From positions 434,001-498,000 of the forward strand of contig LSRY02000054.1 in NCBI GenBank assembly GCA_001643675.2: a stretch of 64,000 bases of DNA. Direction: 5' to 3'. Shown piece after piece: positions 14,149-25,965 of the stretch. This stretch comes from Monocercomonoides exilis PA203. Lineage: Eukaryota; Protista; Preaxostyla. The number at the start of each line of letters is the position of its first letter. Positions within the stretch are counted from its first letter, which is position 1. The notes below the pieces were generated by a model that was given only the letters and a program-made list of their open reading frames with translations, was not told the DNA's origin and made no database searches. Made by a program: the position numbers and the translations under genes.

Positions 14149-17100
14149 TCTTCCACTTTCCGAATGCCTTCCAGATCGCTTTGCTGACAAGCTATCCATC
14201 CTTCCATGTGATGCAAGGCAAGGTGTGAAGCTTCTAGGTGATTTTATGATGTCTGACAGAATGAAGAAGGAGAAACGGTTGATGAGGGGAGAGAAGGAGA
14301 AAATTGCATTCAATCCGAATTTGATACTTCTTCAAAACTCGAGAAGGAAAAGAGCAACATATTTGTCATTAAAAAACAATTTGTTTTCACAAAATTCCCC
14401 TTTTCCACAGAAATATGCGACAAGACAACCTTTTCCTTTTCTTACTCCTTTGCAGACGGCTGTTTTGCAGACTCATTCAACAGTTTCTGCTGTGAAGAGA
14501 CACTATGTAAATACCAGTTGTGTGATGGTGGTGTCGTTTGTGTTGTTTGAGGAGGATGAAAGAGAGGAAGAAGAAAGAGAGGAGGAAGAGGGAGAAGAGG
14601 AGGAAAAAGGAGAGGAAGGAGAAGAAGAGGGAGGAAAAGAAGAAGGAGAAGAAGGAGAGAGGAAGCAGATGAATGAAGAGAAGGAGAACACAAATAAATT
14701 CGAAGAACTGGAGAAAAATGAAGGGAATTTGTCACAAAATGAAGATGAACAACAGCTATTGCAAAGGTCATACGCAAAAGAATCCACATTTAACATTTCA
14801 GATAATGAAATAGAAGCAGCTTCTTCTTCCACTCCTCCTCCTCCTACCTATTCTTCTTCTCCATCATCATCATCATCATCATCTGCAAAATATCTGCTCA
14901 CTAACAAACCTTCATCCACCCCAATCTCCTCCTCTACTCCTTGTTCCTCTTCCTCTCAATCCCTCCCCTTGATCCAGTTTATGCAACTCTTCCATCTCAC
15001 CCACGGTCTCATCGACGTTCTTCATACCGCTTTCAAAACGACAATCGAAGCAAAACAGAGAATAAGCCGAATGAATGAAGAAAACAATGCGAAGGAGAAG
15101 CTGTGGAAGTCCAGTGCTTTTCTAAGCATGCAGACAAGGACGCCTTCTTATCGACTATCAGATGCAGTGAAAGCACAATCATTACGTGAATTCTACTCAT
15201 CTTTGTTTGAAGGTCTCAAAATTATAACCCCAACACCCAGATCTTCTTCTTCTTCTCTTTCTACTTCTGCCTCATCTGCTTATCAAGATGTGCCAACAAA
15301 CCTGCTTATACCTGAAGTCCTATCACTTTCTGCAGATTCCACGAATGATAGTAACTTTGGCGGTATGTTTGCTGCTTCTCCTTCTCCTTCCCCTTTTCTT
15401 TACTCCAACAATAATGTTCATTCTTCCCAGTTTTTCCGGGCAAACCCATATTTCCGCTTCCGATTTCTCCGAAAAGTTTTTCCTCCACTCCGCCCGCTTT
15501 CTTCAGCGAGGTCAGTGGCGTGTGTGAGAATGGATGATGCAATGACATTGAGGAGGATGAAGTGGAATGTGCGGATGAAGGCAAAAGGATGGGGATGGGA
15601 ATATGAGGATGGATGTAAAGGAGAGGGAGTAGAAGGAAGAGAAGAAGGAGAAGATTATAAGTGGAATAATAATGGAATTAGTAACAGAAAGAATGAAGGG
15701 AAACTTGTGAAAAGTTTGTGCAAAGGTGAACTTTGCACATCAAACAACCCAACAAACACCCAAATTTTATCTCTTTTATCATCTTTTCCTTTGCGTCAGT
15801 CAGAAATCTATCAACCAAACATCACAGCTCCTCCTCATTTGCTCTCTGATAAGCATAGTCATCCATGGGAATTGCCTTCTCAGAACGATCCTACAAAACC
15901 TGGGAGAAATGGTTTATCTTCTTCTTCCTCCTCTTCATTTTCTGCTTCTTCTTCTTCAAGTTCTTCTGGTAATTCTTCTTCTATTTCTGATGCTTTTGCT
16001 TCTGTTCCAATCATTTTGTGCAGCGGGCTTTCCTTCTCTTTTCAAAAAAACAACTCCACAATTCAATCGCAAAACACACAAAACACACAAAACAATAATA
16101 TTTCGTTCCCTTCTTCATTAACTTCACGATCCTCCCTCTTCTCCCAGCCTGCACTTCGATTTCTGTTGAATGGATTTGAATGGAGTGGACATAAACTCTT
16201 TCAAAATGGCTCTTTTTTTGCTCGTTTGCTTTGCGAAATGGCTGGTTCAGTTGGAGTCCAATTGGTTCCTTCTGAACAGTTTTTGCATTCTTCCTTTGAA
16301 AATAACTCCATTTTGGTGAATGAAAAAAATGGAATTAATTCAAAAATTTCAAGTTTAAATCAAAGAAAAACGATAAATTTACATGTTTCAACTGAAAATT
16401 GTGGTGGTCCCTTGTCATCACCTGCGAAATTGCTTTCTTTAACTCGCTCTCCTTTCATGTTTTCTTCTCTTCATCCTCAATTTTATACCCGTTTTACCAG
16501 CTCTTCCAGCACAAATTCTCAAAATAGCACAAATTTGGGAGGTTTTGAAGGAAGGGGGCAATTCAATGGAAGGAGTTTTTTGAATTATACTTTTGGACAA
16601 ACACAAGCAAGCACATTGATTTCATCATTTCCAAATCAATCGCAACAATTAAGTGAAACAACAACAACAACAACAACTTTTCCTCCTTCCTCTTCTTCCT
16701 CAGTCTCCCTCTCTCCAAGCCACCCTCCTCCTGTTTCCCTTTCATGTTTCTGCTCTCCTCATTTCATTCTCTTTCACTCCCCCATTCAACTCACTGACTG
16801 CTTTTCTTATGTCTCCTCTGCCCGCTCTTCGTTCTCCTCTGCTGCTTTCCAATCAAAAAGGCTTGTTCGCATCCCTCATCATACAAATCCTCATCATAAA
16901 TCATTCAATTTAACTGACTCTGGCTCAGAATTCACTACTTCTCTTCTAAACCCTTTTGTTTTCGCCTCCAACAACCTCCATCCAGTGTCGATTGTTCGGT
17001 TTTCGGTTGATCAGCCTGAAAATGACTCAAAAAACGGAAATTTTGATTTGAATTGTTTTTCGGGTGTAATGCCAACTTCAATTATTTTCCACAGATTTTG

Positions 17101-17317
17101 GGATCAGCCACAACCAATACAGAAAACATTGTATTCGTGGATGATTGATCAAATGAAGAAGGCAAACAAAAAGAGCAATATTTGATTAATTCAAAGGTTA
17201 ACAAGTGAAGCTGATCCGTTGGATTACGTTTATTCTTCATTTGATTCTTGTTTGTTGCACAGAAATAAAAAATATTTTCGTTTCATGGATTGTAATTTTA
17301 GGTTTATTTTCTCGTGA
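8085..17317 (+). CDS. Giant Ser/Glu-rich protein with a CCR4/PDE12-like N-terminal module and a dispersed, degenerate EEP domain
   Basis: An uninterrupted 8.5-kb ORF (8702-17185) plus 5' exons from 8085 (WENVGQGPFYTPNEKDIGGFLRLSV). EEP-like motifs appear in order: LLTLNV, PDVVCLQKV, NCIFFKR, RALCVVLE, VPIILCSG, ALRFLLNG, HSPIQL. A possible last intron at 17131-17196 adds LDYVY. Exon ends are approximate. Confidence 0.6.
10922..11050 (+). repeat. Perfect (TCT)43 microsatellite encoding poly-Ser
   Basis: Read directly from the sequence; in frame within the giant ORF. Confidence 0.9.
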
Positions 17318-17461
17318 GGGAAAAACATTAACTTTTTAGCGTTTTAAGTTCATATGTATTTATCCTTCATTCGATGGATGCCTTCTTAATTTGAATTAAC
17401 ATTTTCCGTTTTGATTTTTCGTTCCATTATAAATTTTTATTTTAATTGAATTGATTAAAAC

Positions 17462-20400
17462 ATGACAACTGCATTGCATCAATCGCCATTCTTGATGTGC
17501 AATTATGTGGAAGGAATGTTTGTATCAATGTGGGATGAAATGATTGGTCCAAAACTGATAAAGGTAGGATTATTGTTGATTAGAAATAAAAGCTATTTAT
17601 TTTATATTCTAATGAAGTTTTGGGATGGAAAACATGAAATTGATAATAGCATAAAAAACTATTTTGTAAAAAATTCTTTAAATTCACATCAACCAAAGTC
17701 GACTGCAACAAATACATTTGAAACAAAATTGAGCTTTTTAGCTGAACCATGTGTGCATTCTTGTTATTATATATTGTATCCTTTATACCCATGATGTAGA
17801 TTGCGTTATATTAAGTTGTATGTTTTCGTGCAAGCAAAAAAAGAGATATATTCCACATTCTCTGTCAGTGATATTTCCAGGGTTTGATACTTTTGTTTAC
17901 AACTTTTTTGACATAATTGATTTATTATATGAAGTGAATATCATGAAAGAGTAAAACAAGTTCTTCATGTTCTTGATGGTTGGATTCTTTCTTTGAGCAG
18001 AAGGCTGAAGAATCTTATACAGGTTTGCAATGAATACAATTGTTGAGAAGTGATATTTATGAAATTAAAACATAGAAATCTCCTTACTCATTGCAATACT
18101 TTGGAAATTTAGTTTCTAAAAAGGCATTTGAAGTTGAGGCAATCATGCGAGCTCATGAAAAACAACCTCAAATACAGTTTTGTCTATTTTTTTGTTGATT
18201 ACGAAATGCCAACCTTTAATTATTATTGAAATCAATAAATTCAGAGATACATTTTTGTATGCTCCACCGACGGAATTTCATCCTTTGAACCAATTCGTTT
18301 CCAGGTGTGAACAAATATCACTGATGATCCAAGAAAGTCATCATAAAAATACAAAAAATATTTTTATTAATTCAGTTGATCATAAAAATATTGCTTGCAT
18401 TAACACTTAATTTAATTCTATCCTTTTTGTTTTTAAGGCAATTTTTATGCACATTTTCCATATTAATAATTTATTTATTTATTTATTTATTTATTTACAA
18501 AAATATTAATATCTTTTTTTCAGTGCTGTATCATCTCATCTTCAGACATGCTATCATTCCATCGTCGTTGGGCAAGACAAGAAGACTGTTGATAAGGTTT
18601 GTTGAAAAAGTTTGGGAATATACAAAGTTGTGTTTCAAATGCCAAATAAATTGAGAGCATTCATTATAATTCGAATAAATTCATGTTTTATGCTCTCTTT
18701 TTTATTTTTTTTTTTAAACTTCAAAAAAATTTTCCTGTTTTTTGTGACTTATGTTTTCATTAACATTCCTAAAACCCTCATTTCTCCTCCCCTCTGACTT
18801 ATTGATTATATCCTTTTCATTTTGGCTCATTCTTTTTTTTCATTTTCTTCTCTTCCTTTTCTTTCTTCTCTTCCCTCTCTTCCCTCTCTTTTCACACAGA
18901 TGATCAACACTCTTCTTGTCTTCTCCCCTCAAGACATCGCTCTTTCCACTCGCCTTTCTGTCTTTCCAAACGAAATTTCTCTTTCTTCTTCTTCTTCTTC
19001 CTCTCTCTTTTTCACTGAACCTCCTCATTCCTTCCCTTCTTATGCTTCTTCATTGTTCCATCTGCAATCCATCAAAAATTCTGCAAATGAACAAAATTCT
19101 CCTTCTTTTTCCGTTACGTCTTTATCACCAACAGCTCCTTCACTTGCTTCTTTTTCTTTTTCTCCTTCTCCAAAAGTTTCATTTCAATCAACTTCCTCTT
19201 CCTCTTCCTCTTCTCTTTCTTCTTCCTCTTCAAATTCACAAGAAAAGAATGTTTCATTGGAAGGAATGCAAAAAGAAGAAGAACAAGGAAATGAAAGCAC
19301 ATTGAAAAATCCAATAGAATTATCAAATAACATTAAAGAAACGAAAGAAAAAGAAGCAGAAGCAGAAAAAGAAGAGAAAAAGGAAGAGAAAGAAGAGAAA
19401 TCCACTTCAATTAGAGAGGAGGAAGAAGAAGAAAAACAAGAAGAAGAAAAGAAAGATAAAACAAAAGAGAAAGAGAAAGAGAAAGAAAACAATCAAAACG
19501 AAGACAATGAAGAGAATCACACAGAAAACCGAATAGAAACACGTACTTTAAGTGAAATCAGCGGCCAAAGTGTTGCTTCAACAGAAACTGATTCTTCTTC
19601 TTCCTCTTCCTCTTCCTCTTCTTCTTTTCCCTCTGAAAATGACCCATTTAATTCAAAAAATGATACTTCGCAGCAGTTTATTGCTGCTTCTGAAGAGGAA
19701 AAACGAAAATGGCTGGCGAATTTCGCGAGATTTGTACCTGGATTGGCTATTCAGGGGATTCCATCGGTATGTTGAAGAAGAAGAAGAAGAAGAAGAAGAA
19801 GAAGAAGATGGTTATGATGATGATGAATGTTTGATGAATGTTGGATGGATATTATGGAATGAGCTATTTGTGTTGAATGTGATGATTATGATTGTTGTTA
19901 TTGAAGTTGTTAATGCAATCGTAATTATTAGTAAAATTTTCGTTTTTTGTTTTTGTTTTTGTTTTTGTTTATTCTCTTTAATATTCTTCACTAATTTTTT
20001 CTCATTTCTCTTTTATTTTCTTATTTCTCTTTTTCTTTTTCTTTTTCTCTTTCTCTTTCTTTCTCTTTCTCTCCATCTCCCTCTCCCCTTCTCTCTCCCC
20101 TTACCCCAGAGCCTCTCCCCCGACTGCGACTATGTCTATTTAGCCTCTGGCCATCCCCTCACTGTCATCGACATGGACAGACAGACAGTAAAACAGCACC
20201 CCGTCCCCCGCACATTCCGCGAGGCGTGTGACGAATACGATCTTGTGGTGGAGGATGAAGACCTGAAAAGAAGCAAAATCCTTCAGGAAAAACAAAACAT
20301 GAACAAAAACCTGACTTTGCCTCTCCCGTCGTTCGAGTTTGATGTGCCAAAACTTTACGCTTCTGTTGAGAAAGCCGCAAAAATGACCAACGCAAGCGAT

Positions 20401-21210
20401 TCAATCAAGTCCAACACGTCTTACATCACCGCCATCACCATCCTCACTGACCTCCCTTCCAAACAGCCCGTTTCAGCCGTCTCTTCTTCCTCTTCCTCTT
20501 CCTCCTCTTCTTCTCTCCCTTCCCTCTTCTCCCCAGTCACGCAGCCTTGCTCCATCATCGTCAACGCCCTCAGACAAATCATGGACATCCCACAACCCGC
20601 ACCCAGGCTCTTGTCTGCTCTTCATCTTCGCTCTCTGCTTCTGAAGGAAGCACTGGGGGTGGCCCTCATTCACAGGGCAATTAGTGCGGAAGGAGAAGAG
20701 GAAAGGGCATTTGCGAGTCAGAAGCACGGGAGGAAGGGAGGGGTGGGAGGAGGAGGAGGAGAGAGAGGGGGAGGAGGGGGAGGGGGAGGAGGAAATGGAG
20801 GAGATGTGTTTGGGGAAAGAGGAGGAAGCGGAGAAGGAAGGGGAGCTTTTCCTATGAATACACAAGGTGCTGGTTCTTCTTCGTTGTCTTCTTCTTCTTC
20901 TTCTTCTTCCACCTCATCTTCCTCATCTTCCTCCTCTTTGACATCATCGCCTTCTCCTCTTTCCTTATCCACTTTGACATCTTCTTCTTCTTCTTCTCTT
21001 TCTTCTTCCTCTTCCTCATCTTCCTCCTCCTCTTCTTCTTCTCGCAGCTCCTCCATTGAAACGCCTTTAATCAAGCTGAATGCGAAGCTCTTTTTGAACT
21101 CGGACGATTTGAGGCTTCTGATTGCACTGGGCGATCGCTTCTTTCCTGGTCTGGCAGCGTCGTTTACGTCGAATGAGTATGAGAACCTGGCAGCGATTGA
21201 ATATTATTGA
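17462..21210 (+). CDS. C9orf72: C9orf72-like DENN-family protein, multi-exon, with low-complexity inserts
   Basis: Spliced motifs WDEMIGPKLIKFW, ETKLSFLAEP, HSLSVIFP, SSHLQTCYHSIVVG...DKMINTLLVF, FVPGLAIQGI, HPLTVIDMDRQTVKQHP and DLRLLIALGDRFFPGL. These parallel C9orf72 WDNILGP, SSHLQTCGCSVVVG, GLFVQGL, YPTTHIDVDVNTVKQMP and DLNIIMALAEKIKPGL. Confidence 0.85.
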
Positions 21211-22006
21211 GGAGAAGGGAAGAAGAGGAAGAGAAAGAAGAAGAGGAAGAGAAGGAAGAAGGAAGAAGGAAGAAGGAAGAAGAAGAAGAGAAAAAAAGAA
21301 GAAGAAGGAAAGAAGAAGAAGGAAAGAGGAGAAGGAAGAGAAGATATTCAGAAGAAAAAATTAAACTGAAATTGAAAATTTAATGAATGTTTATTGATAA
21401 TTTCTTAAAAAAAATAGACATTAGAATATTTCATTTTCTGTTTTTTTCATTGTTTTTGTTTGAGTTTGTTAAAATTTGAGAGATTTGTTGAGATTTGCCA
21501 ATCTTTCTGTTTTCTTATTTATTTATTTTTATTTGAAAAGTTGTTTGAATGAAGATTAAAATTGCATTGTTTTTATGAAAGTTTATGGATTTATTTATTC
21601 ATTCATTTCGTTATATTTATATTTCTTTTCTTTTCTTCCCTTTTTCGTTATATTCATTTCAGCTGTTGATATTTGCTTCTCTTCACACTCAAAGAAAGCA
21701 AGACAGCTCGAGTTCTAATATCAAACACCAAAAAAAATTAAAAGAGAGAATTTTATGTTTTTTTTATTTCATTTTTGCTTCTTCTTTCGTTTTAACTTTT
21801 TTTCTTTTTGACATTTTTTGCTCATGAAACAAATAAAAAAACATTTTGAAATGTTCAATAATAAAGAAAAAAAGATATCAAAATATCTAAATAAATAATT
21901 TCTTCAACACATCCACACAAAAATCTCTTCTCCCCTTTCGACTTCATTTCTTCCATCTCTCATATCTTCTTCTCTCACACTCTCAACTCTTCAACTCATT
22001 AACCCA

Positions 22007-23671
22007 TCAACCCATCAGCTCCTCCACCTCCTCCACCAGCTTCTCATCCGCCAGGCATTCGTCCAACGAAGGCAGCAAAATTGACACGGGCAGCTCTTCC
22101 TGCGGAATCTTCACAGGGCGCGGGGCATTTGAGTGTGAAGAGATGTATTCGGCAATCCAGCCAGCCGGAACAAGAGTTGGGTGGGGCAAAGAGAGCGTGT
22201 GATGATAGGAAGAAGAAGAAGCAAGGGGGGAGGTGGAAGGGCTGATGGAAAAGGGAGAGAAAGAGGAAGGCTGAGAAGAAGAAGAAGAAGGAGAAGGAGA
22301 AGACGATGATGAAGCTGTTATTGGTGACGTGGAGTGTCTGATGCCAGCAAGATAATCAACAGTGGCGCTGATGCAAGAAGTCAAAGGAATTGAGGAATCA
22401 CTCTTCATTGACGATGAAGGAATAGCTGAGGAAGAAGGGGGAGAAGAAATTATAGAATTAGCAGCAATAGAAGAAGAAGAAGAAGAAGAAGAAGAAGAAG
22501 AAGGTGAAGGTGAAGGATAATACGAATGTGACGAAGAAGGTGGAAGAGAAGAAAAAGCATGAGGAGGATGAAGTGGCGGGGGAAGAGGAGGAAGAGGAGG
22601 AGGAGGAGAAGGCATCGCAATTGCTGAAGAGGATGACTGCATCATTGGCATTGGCATTAATTGTGGCGGCATTGAAGATGATGACAATGGAATTTTGTTC
22701 ATTTGCTGATTAATGTGTTGTTGAGTGGCATTCACAGCTAACTGAGAAAAAGGGCTTGGATGAAAAAGCTGAGGCTGTGCAGTTGCGAAATGCTGCTGAG
22801 AAGCAGGCTGCATGGCCATTGTTGCAGTCATTGTTTGCATCTGCAACTGTGTTTGAGGCGGGCGTAACGAAGCAGGAAGTATTGGTGCAATCCCATTTCG
22901 CGAACGCTCATGAACATATGTCATTAGCTCTTTAAACAGCTGATCGCTTAATCGAATCTCATCTTTAAATTGAAACATTATTTTGTCTAATTCCATGCGC
23001 TCTTTCTTTTCTACAGTCTCGTGATATGTGGTTCTCAGAAGAAATGCCAGATAAGTTATATTTTTTTCACATAAATGAGGCCGTGCGCTCAGCAGGCTAA
23101 CAAATGTCAAACACAAGTTCCGACGAGCTTCAAACAAAGAAACACCATTTCCTCGCTGCTGAGTGCCATTTTCGACGAGTACCTTGCAACATATATAGCC
23201 AAATGCACCAAAAGGAAATGAAGTCTGATCATAATTTGAAAGTCCAATTGCAGTCTGAACTTGAGTCTGAAGATCAAAGTCTAATTCGAACGAAGATTTA
23301 CAAACAGCTATCCACTGTTCAGTCAAATTTGTATTTTGTGGCATTTGCGAGCTTGGAATTGGTAATCGCAGTCTTTTGGCTTCGGAAATGAGCGCAGATG
23401 AAATCGCTTCCGTAGATAAATGATTTTTATGGCACCACACTTGCCATTTAAAATAGTCGTTATGATCATCTTCATTCAACAAAGAAACCAGTTTGTCGTT
23501 TTTATTTAACTCAAAAAGATATTGTTTATTTATTTCACTATTTTCTGCTGTAGCTTTTGCGAAACGTTCGACTAATCGAGCAATTTCTTCGTTTTCTGGT
23601 GGCTCTATTGGATCAGCATTAAAAATCTGCTGACCTCGCAGTTGAGGAAATGAAAATTCCTTTGCATACAT
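22007..23671 (-). CDS. CHERP: SURP/SWAP-domain splicing factor, CHERP-like
   Basis: N-terminal SURP (PPENEEIARLVERFAKATAEN...YFKW), a helical CID-like region, a Pro/Ser-rich linker and a C-terminal LVPAG...EKLVEEVE motif as in CHERP. Single ORF of 554 aa. Confidence 0.6.
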   Translation of the reverse strand: MYAKEFSFPQLRGQQIFNADPIEPPENEEIARLVERFAKATAENSEINKQYLFELNKNDKLVSLLNEDDHNDYFKWQVWCHKNHLSTEAISSALISEAKRLRLPIPSSQMPQNTNLTEQWIAVCKSSFELDFDLQTQVQTAIGLSNYDQTSFPFGAFGYICCKVLVENGTQQRGNGVSLFEARRNLCLTFVSLLSARPHLCEKNITYLAFLLRTTYHETVEKKERMELDKIMFQFKDEIRLSDQLFKELMTYVHERSRNGIAPILPASLRPPQTQLQMQTMTATMAMQPASQQHFATAQPQLFHPSPFSQLAVNATQQHINQQMNKIPLSSSSMPPQLMPMPMMQSSSSAIAMPSPPPPLPPLPPPLHPPHAFSSLPPSSSHSYYPSPSPSSSSSSSSSSSIAANSIISSPPSSSAIPSSSMKSDSSIPLTSCISATVDYLAGIRHSTSPITASSSSSPSPSSSSSQPSSFSPFSISPSTSPLASSSSYHHTLSLPHPTLVPAGWIAEYISSHSNAPRPVKIPQEELPVSILLPSLDECLADEKLVEEVEELMG

Positions 23672-24388
23672 AAAATGATATTGAATAAAAAATTATTATG
23701 TGTTTGCTTTATGAAATTGGTTTAAAATTCGATAATTTCTGAAAAAAACAATGTTTTGTTCCAAACTTTTTCTGCAACTTTGCCATTAAAGTCTTTCATT
23801 CCCGTGTGAAAAGCAAAATAAAATTTTTTGAAAAATATCTGAAAGCAAAAAATGGATCATAATTCATAAAGCAAATAATGTCATCTCAAATACCTAAATT
23901 TTTCAATCTTTTTTTGGTATTCATTAACAAAAGGTAAACCGAAAACCGATTAAACACAATTTAGCATCACTCATTCAAATGGCAAATTTCAGAATTTTAC
24001 AGAATAACAAATGAAAAAATTTCATTCAGCTTCAATTTCTATTATGAAAATAAGCACAATTGTCATGTAGTGCAAGTCTTGGTATTTCCGTTGCGCAACA
24101 GAAAAGAATAGATATCACTTTTTAATATGCTTACAAAATGCAATTGCAGCAAGTAATTGACAGACAAGAAAATATATAAAACTCACGCAATTATTTGCTT
24201 TATATTTTCTTTAAATTTTTTACCCCTTTTAATATTTCAAAAACAATAAGCGATAAAAAAATAAAAAATCAAAATTTTGATAGGTTGCATTTTAACATTT
24301 TTTTACATTGCAAGATTCAAAATGACAATGTTATTTATTCAGCTAAGAAAGAAATAGAAAGTTTGAATATTTTATTTTAAAATAAAAT

Positions 24389-25101
24389 TTAAAAACGATG
24401 CATACATAAAACTTTTTTAATAAGATCATCAAGTGGCGCCAATTCTTCTTTCTGAACCAGTTTAAATTCAGTGATGAAGAACAGGAAATGCTTGAAGCAT
24501 GTGTTCAAATGTGCCTCTTCGCCAAGCGAAATGATTTTTTCGAAATGGCAATGATAAATGTGAGCATAAACGCGGAACAATCTCTTAAATATGTTTTTCA
24601 CAACGTCTTGGAAATTTCTCGGAAACGGAACTCCTGAGAATGTATTTGATGCATAAATAATGTTAAAAATAATATTTTAATTGCATGCAAACCTATTTTC
24701 GATGGGAACAGTGTTTCATCATCAAGCTGCGATTGAACCCATGTCATTAAAGCATCAACGTATTCAGGAGCTGACAATTTAACAGGCTTCTTGATTTTGA
24801 CACCATCCGCCCAACGATATTCATGCGTTGGGCCTGCGCTCATAACTGGGCAAGTCTCGTTTGTGCAAAACTCCGTGATCGTTCCATACAGCATGTTTAT
24901 CTGATTGAAAAAATCAAAAGTGTTCACAGCAAGCCATTCATTCAGATCCTCGCCTTCAGGCAAAGCAACAGCCTCTCGAAGATTACCGCTTCCAAGAGTC
25001 GTCTCAATATGCTTCAGCAAGTCTTGTTTGTGTGTGTCGTCTGCTGAAACATTTTTCTTTTTAATCATTGTTGCCTTGCTCGCAAAAAGAGCGAAACTCA
25101 T
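24389..25101 (-). CDS. MOB1: MOB kinase activator 1
   Basis: TLGSGNLREAVALPEGEDLNEWLAVNTFDFFNQINMLYGTITEFCT..CPVMSAGP and FKRLFRVYAHIYHCHF. Intron 24634-24692. Confidence 0.96.
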
Positions 25102-25466
25102 TTTTTATTTTATTATCTTTATGCTTATGGCATAGATCAATTTAAGAATAAATTCAGAATAATTCTGTTGAGACTTAATCGTGAACAAAAAAATGTGTGG
25201 TTATCATAAAAAGCGAAATGTTTTCGTGTTATTTCAAATCCGTTTTTTTCTCTGGACTGATTATGTTTAGTTTTACATAAAAAATGTATTTTCATTTGAA
25301 TGAAACAGACATTTTTTTCCTTAATCTTTATCACAGATTTTTTGAAAGATTGAACTTAACCAGCAAACCCTGCGTGACACACCAAATTCTGAAGTGATTT
25401 TTTTTTTTTTTTTGATTTTTGACAAAAGTGGTATATAACTATTCATCGACAAAAAGGTACCTATGT

Positions 25467-25721
25467 GTGTGATTATTTTTGAAATCATAACTTTTTTCGT
25501 AATGTTAATTTTTCAAAGGTTGGTTGTTATTGGAGAGATATTTTGCATTTTCATGTTAAAAGCATCACAACTATTTTCAAAACAAAATTTTTTGATTCAA
25601 ACAATATGACGACGTCTTTCATAAGCCTTTTCTCTTTTCAGTGTTCTTTTGCAGATATTCAAGGAACTATTTTCATCCGAATTTTTTGAATGAATCATTA
25701 CAATGTCAAAAATAATCACAC
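25467..25721. mobile_element. MITE, GGGT-TIR family (decayed)
   Basis: GTGTGATTATTTTTGA...TCAAAAATAATCACAC, flanked by ATGT and ATAT; 255 bp. Confidence 0.65.
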
Positions 25722-25965
25722 ATATATTATTCAATCTTATTTAAACAAAATTTTGAGAAATTAATAAATCGAAATTTTTTATCTAAAAAAACGATTTTTC
25801 ATTGAAAGATTTGCATATTATGAAATAATAAGTGATTTTTTGAATTAAATGCAGTAATCGTATATGTGGAAAATGAATAAAATGAGGCAAAAATAAAGTT
25901 TATGTGATGAAAAAAGTGATAAAAACGGATGAAAATTGAAGTCATGAACATAGCCCGGGAAAGGT

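Noticed and set aside
9435-16913. Many antisense or alternate-frame ORFs (poly-R, poly-F, poly-L, poly-E)
   Set aside because: They are shadows of TCT/GAA microsatellites inside the real ORF.
8702-17185. Host-wide TAA/TAG=Gln recoding suggested by TAR stops in pseudogenes
   Set aside because: This 2,827-codon ORF and both ~1,190-codon ORFs contain no in-frame TAR, and the E2 and MOB1 genes end at TAA in the expected positions.
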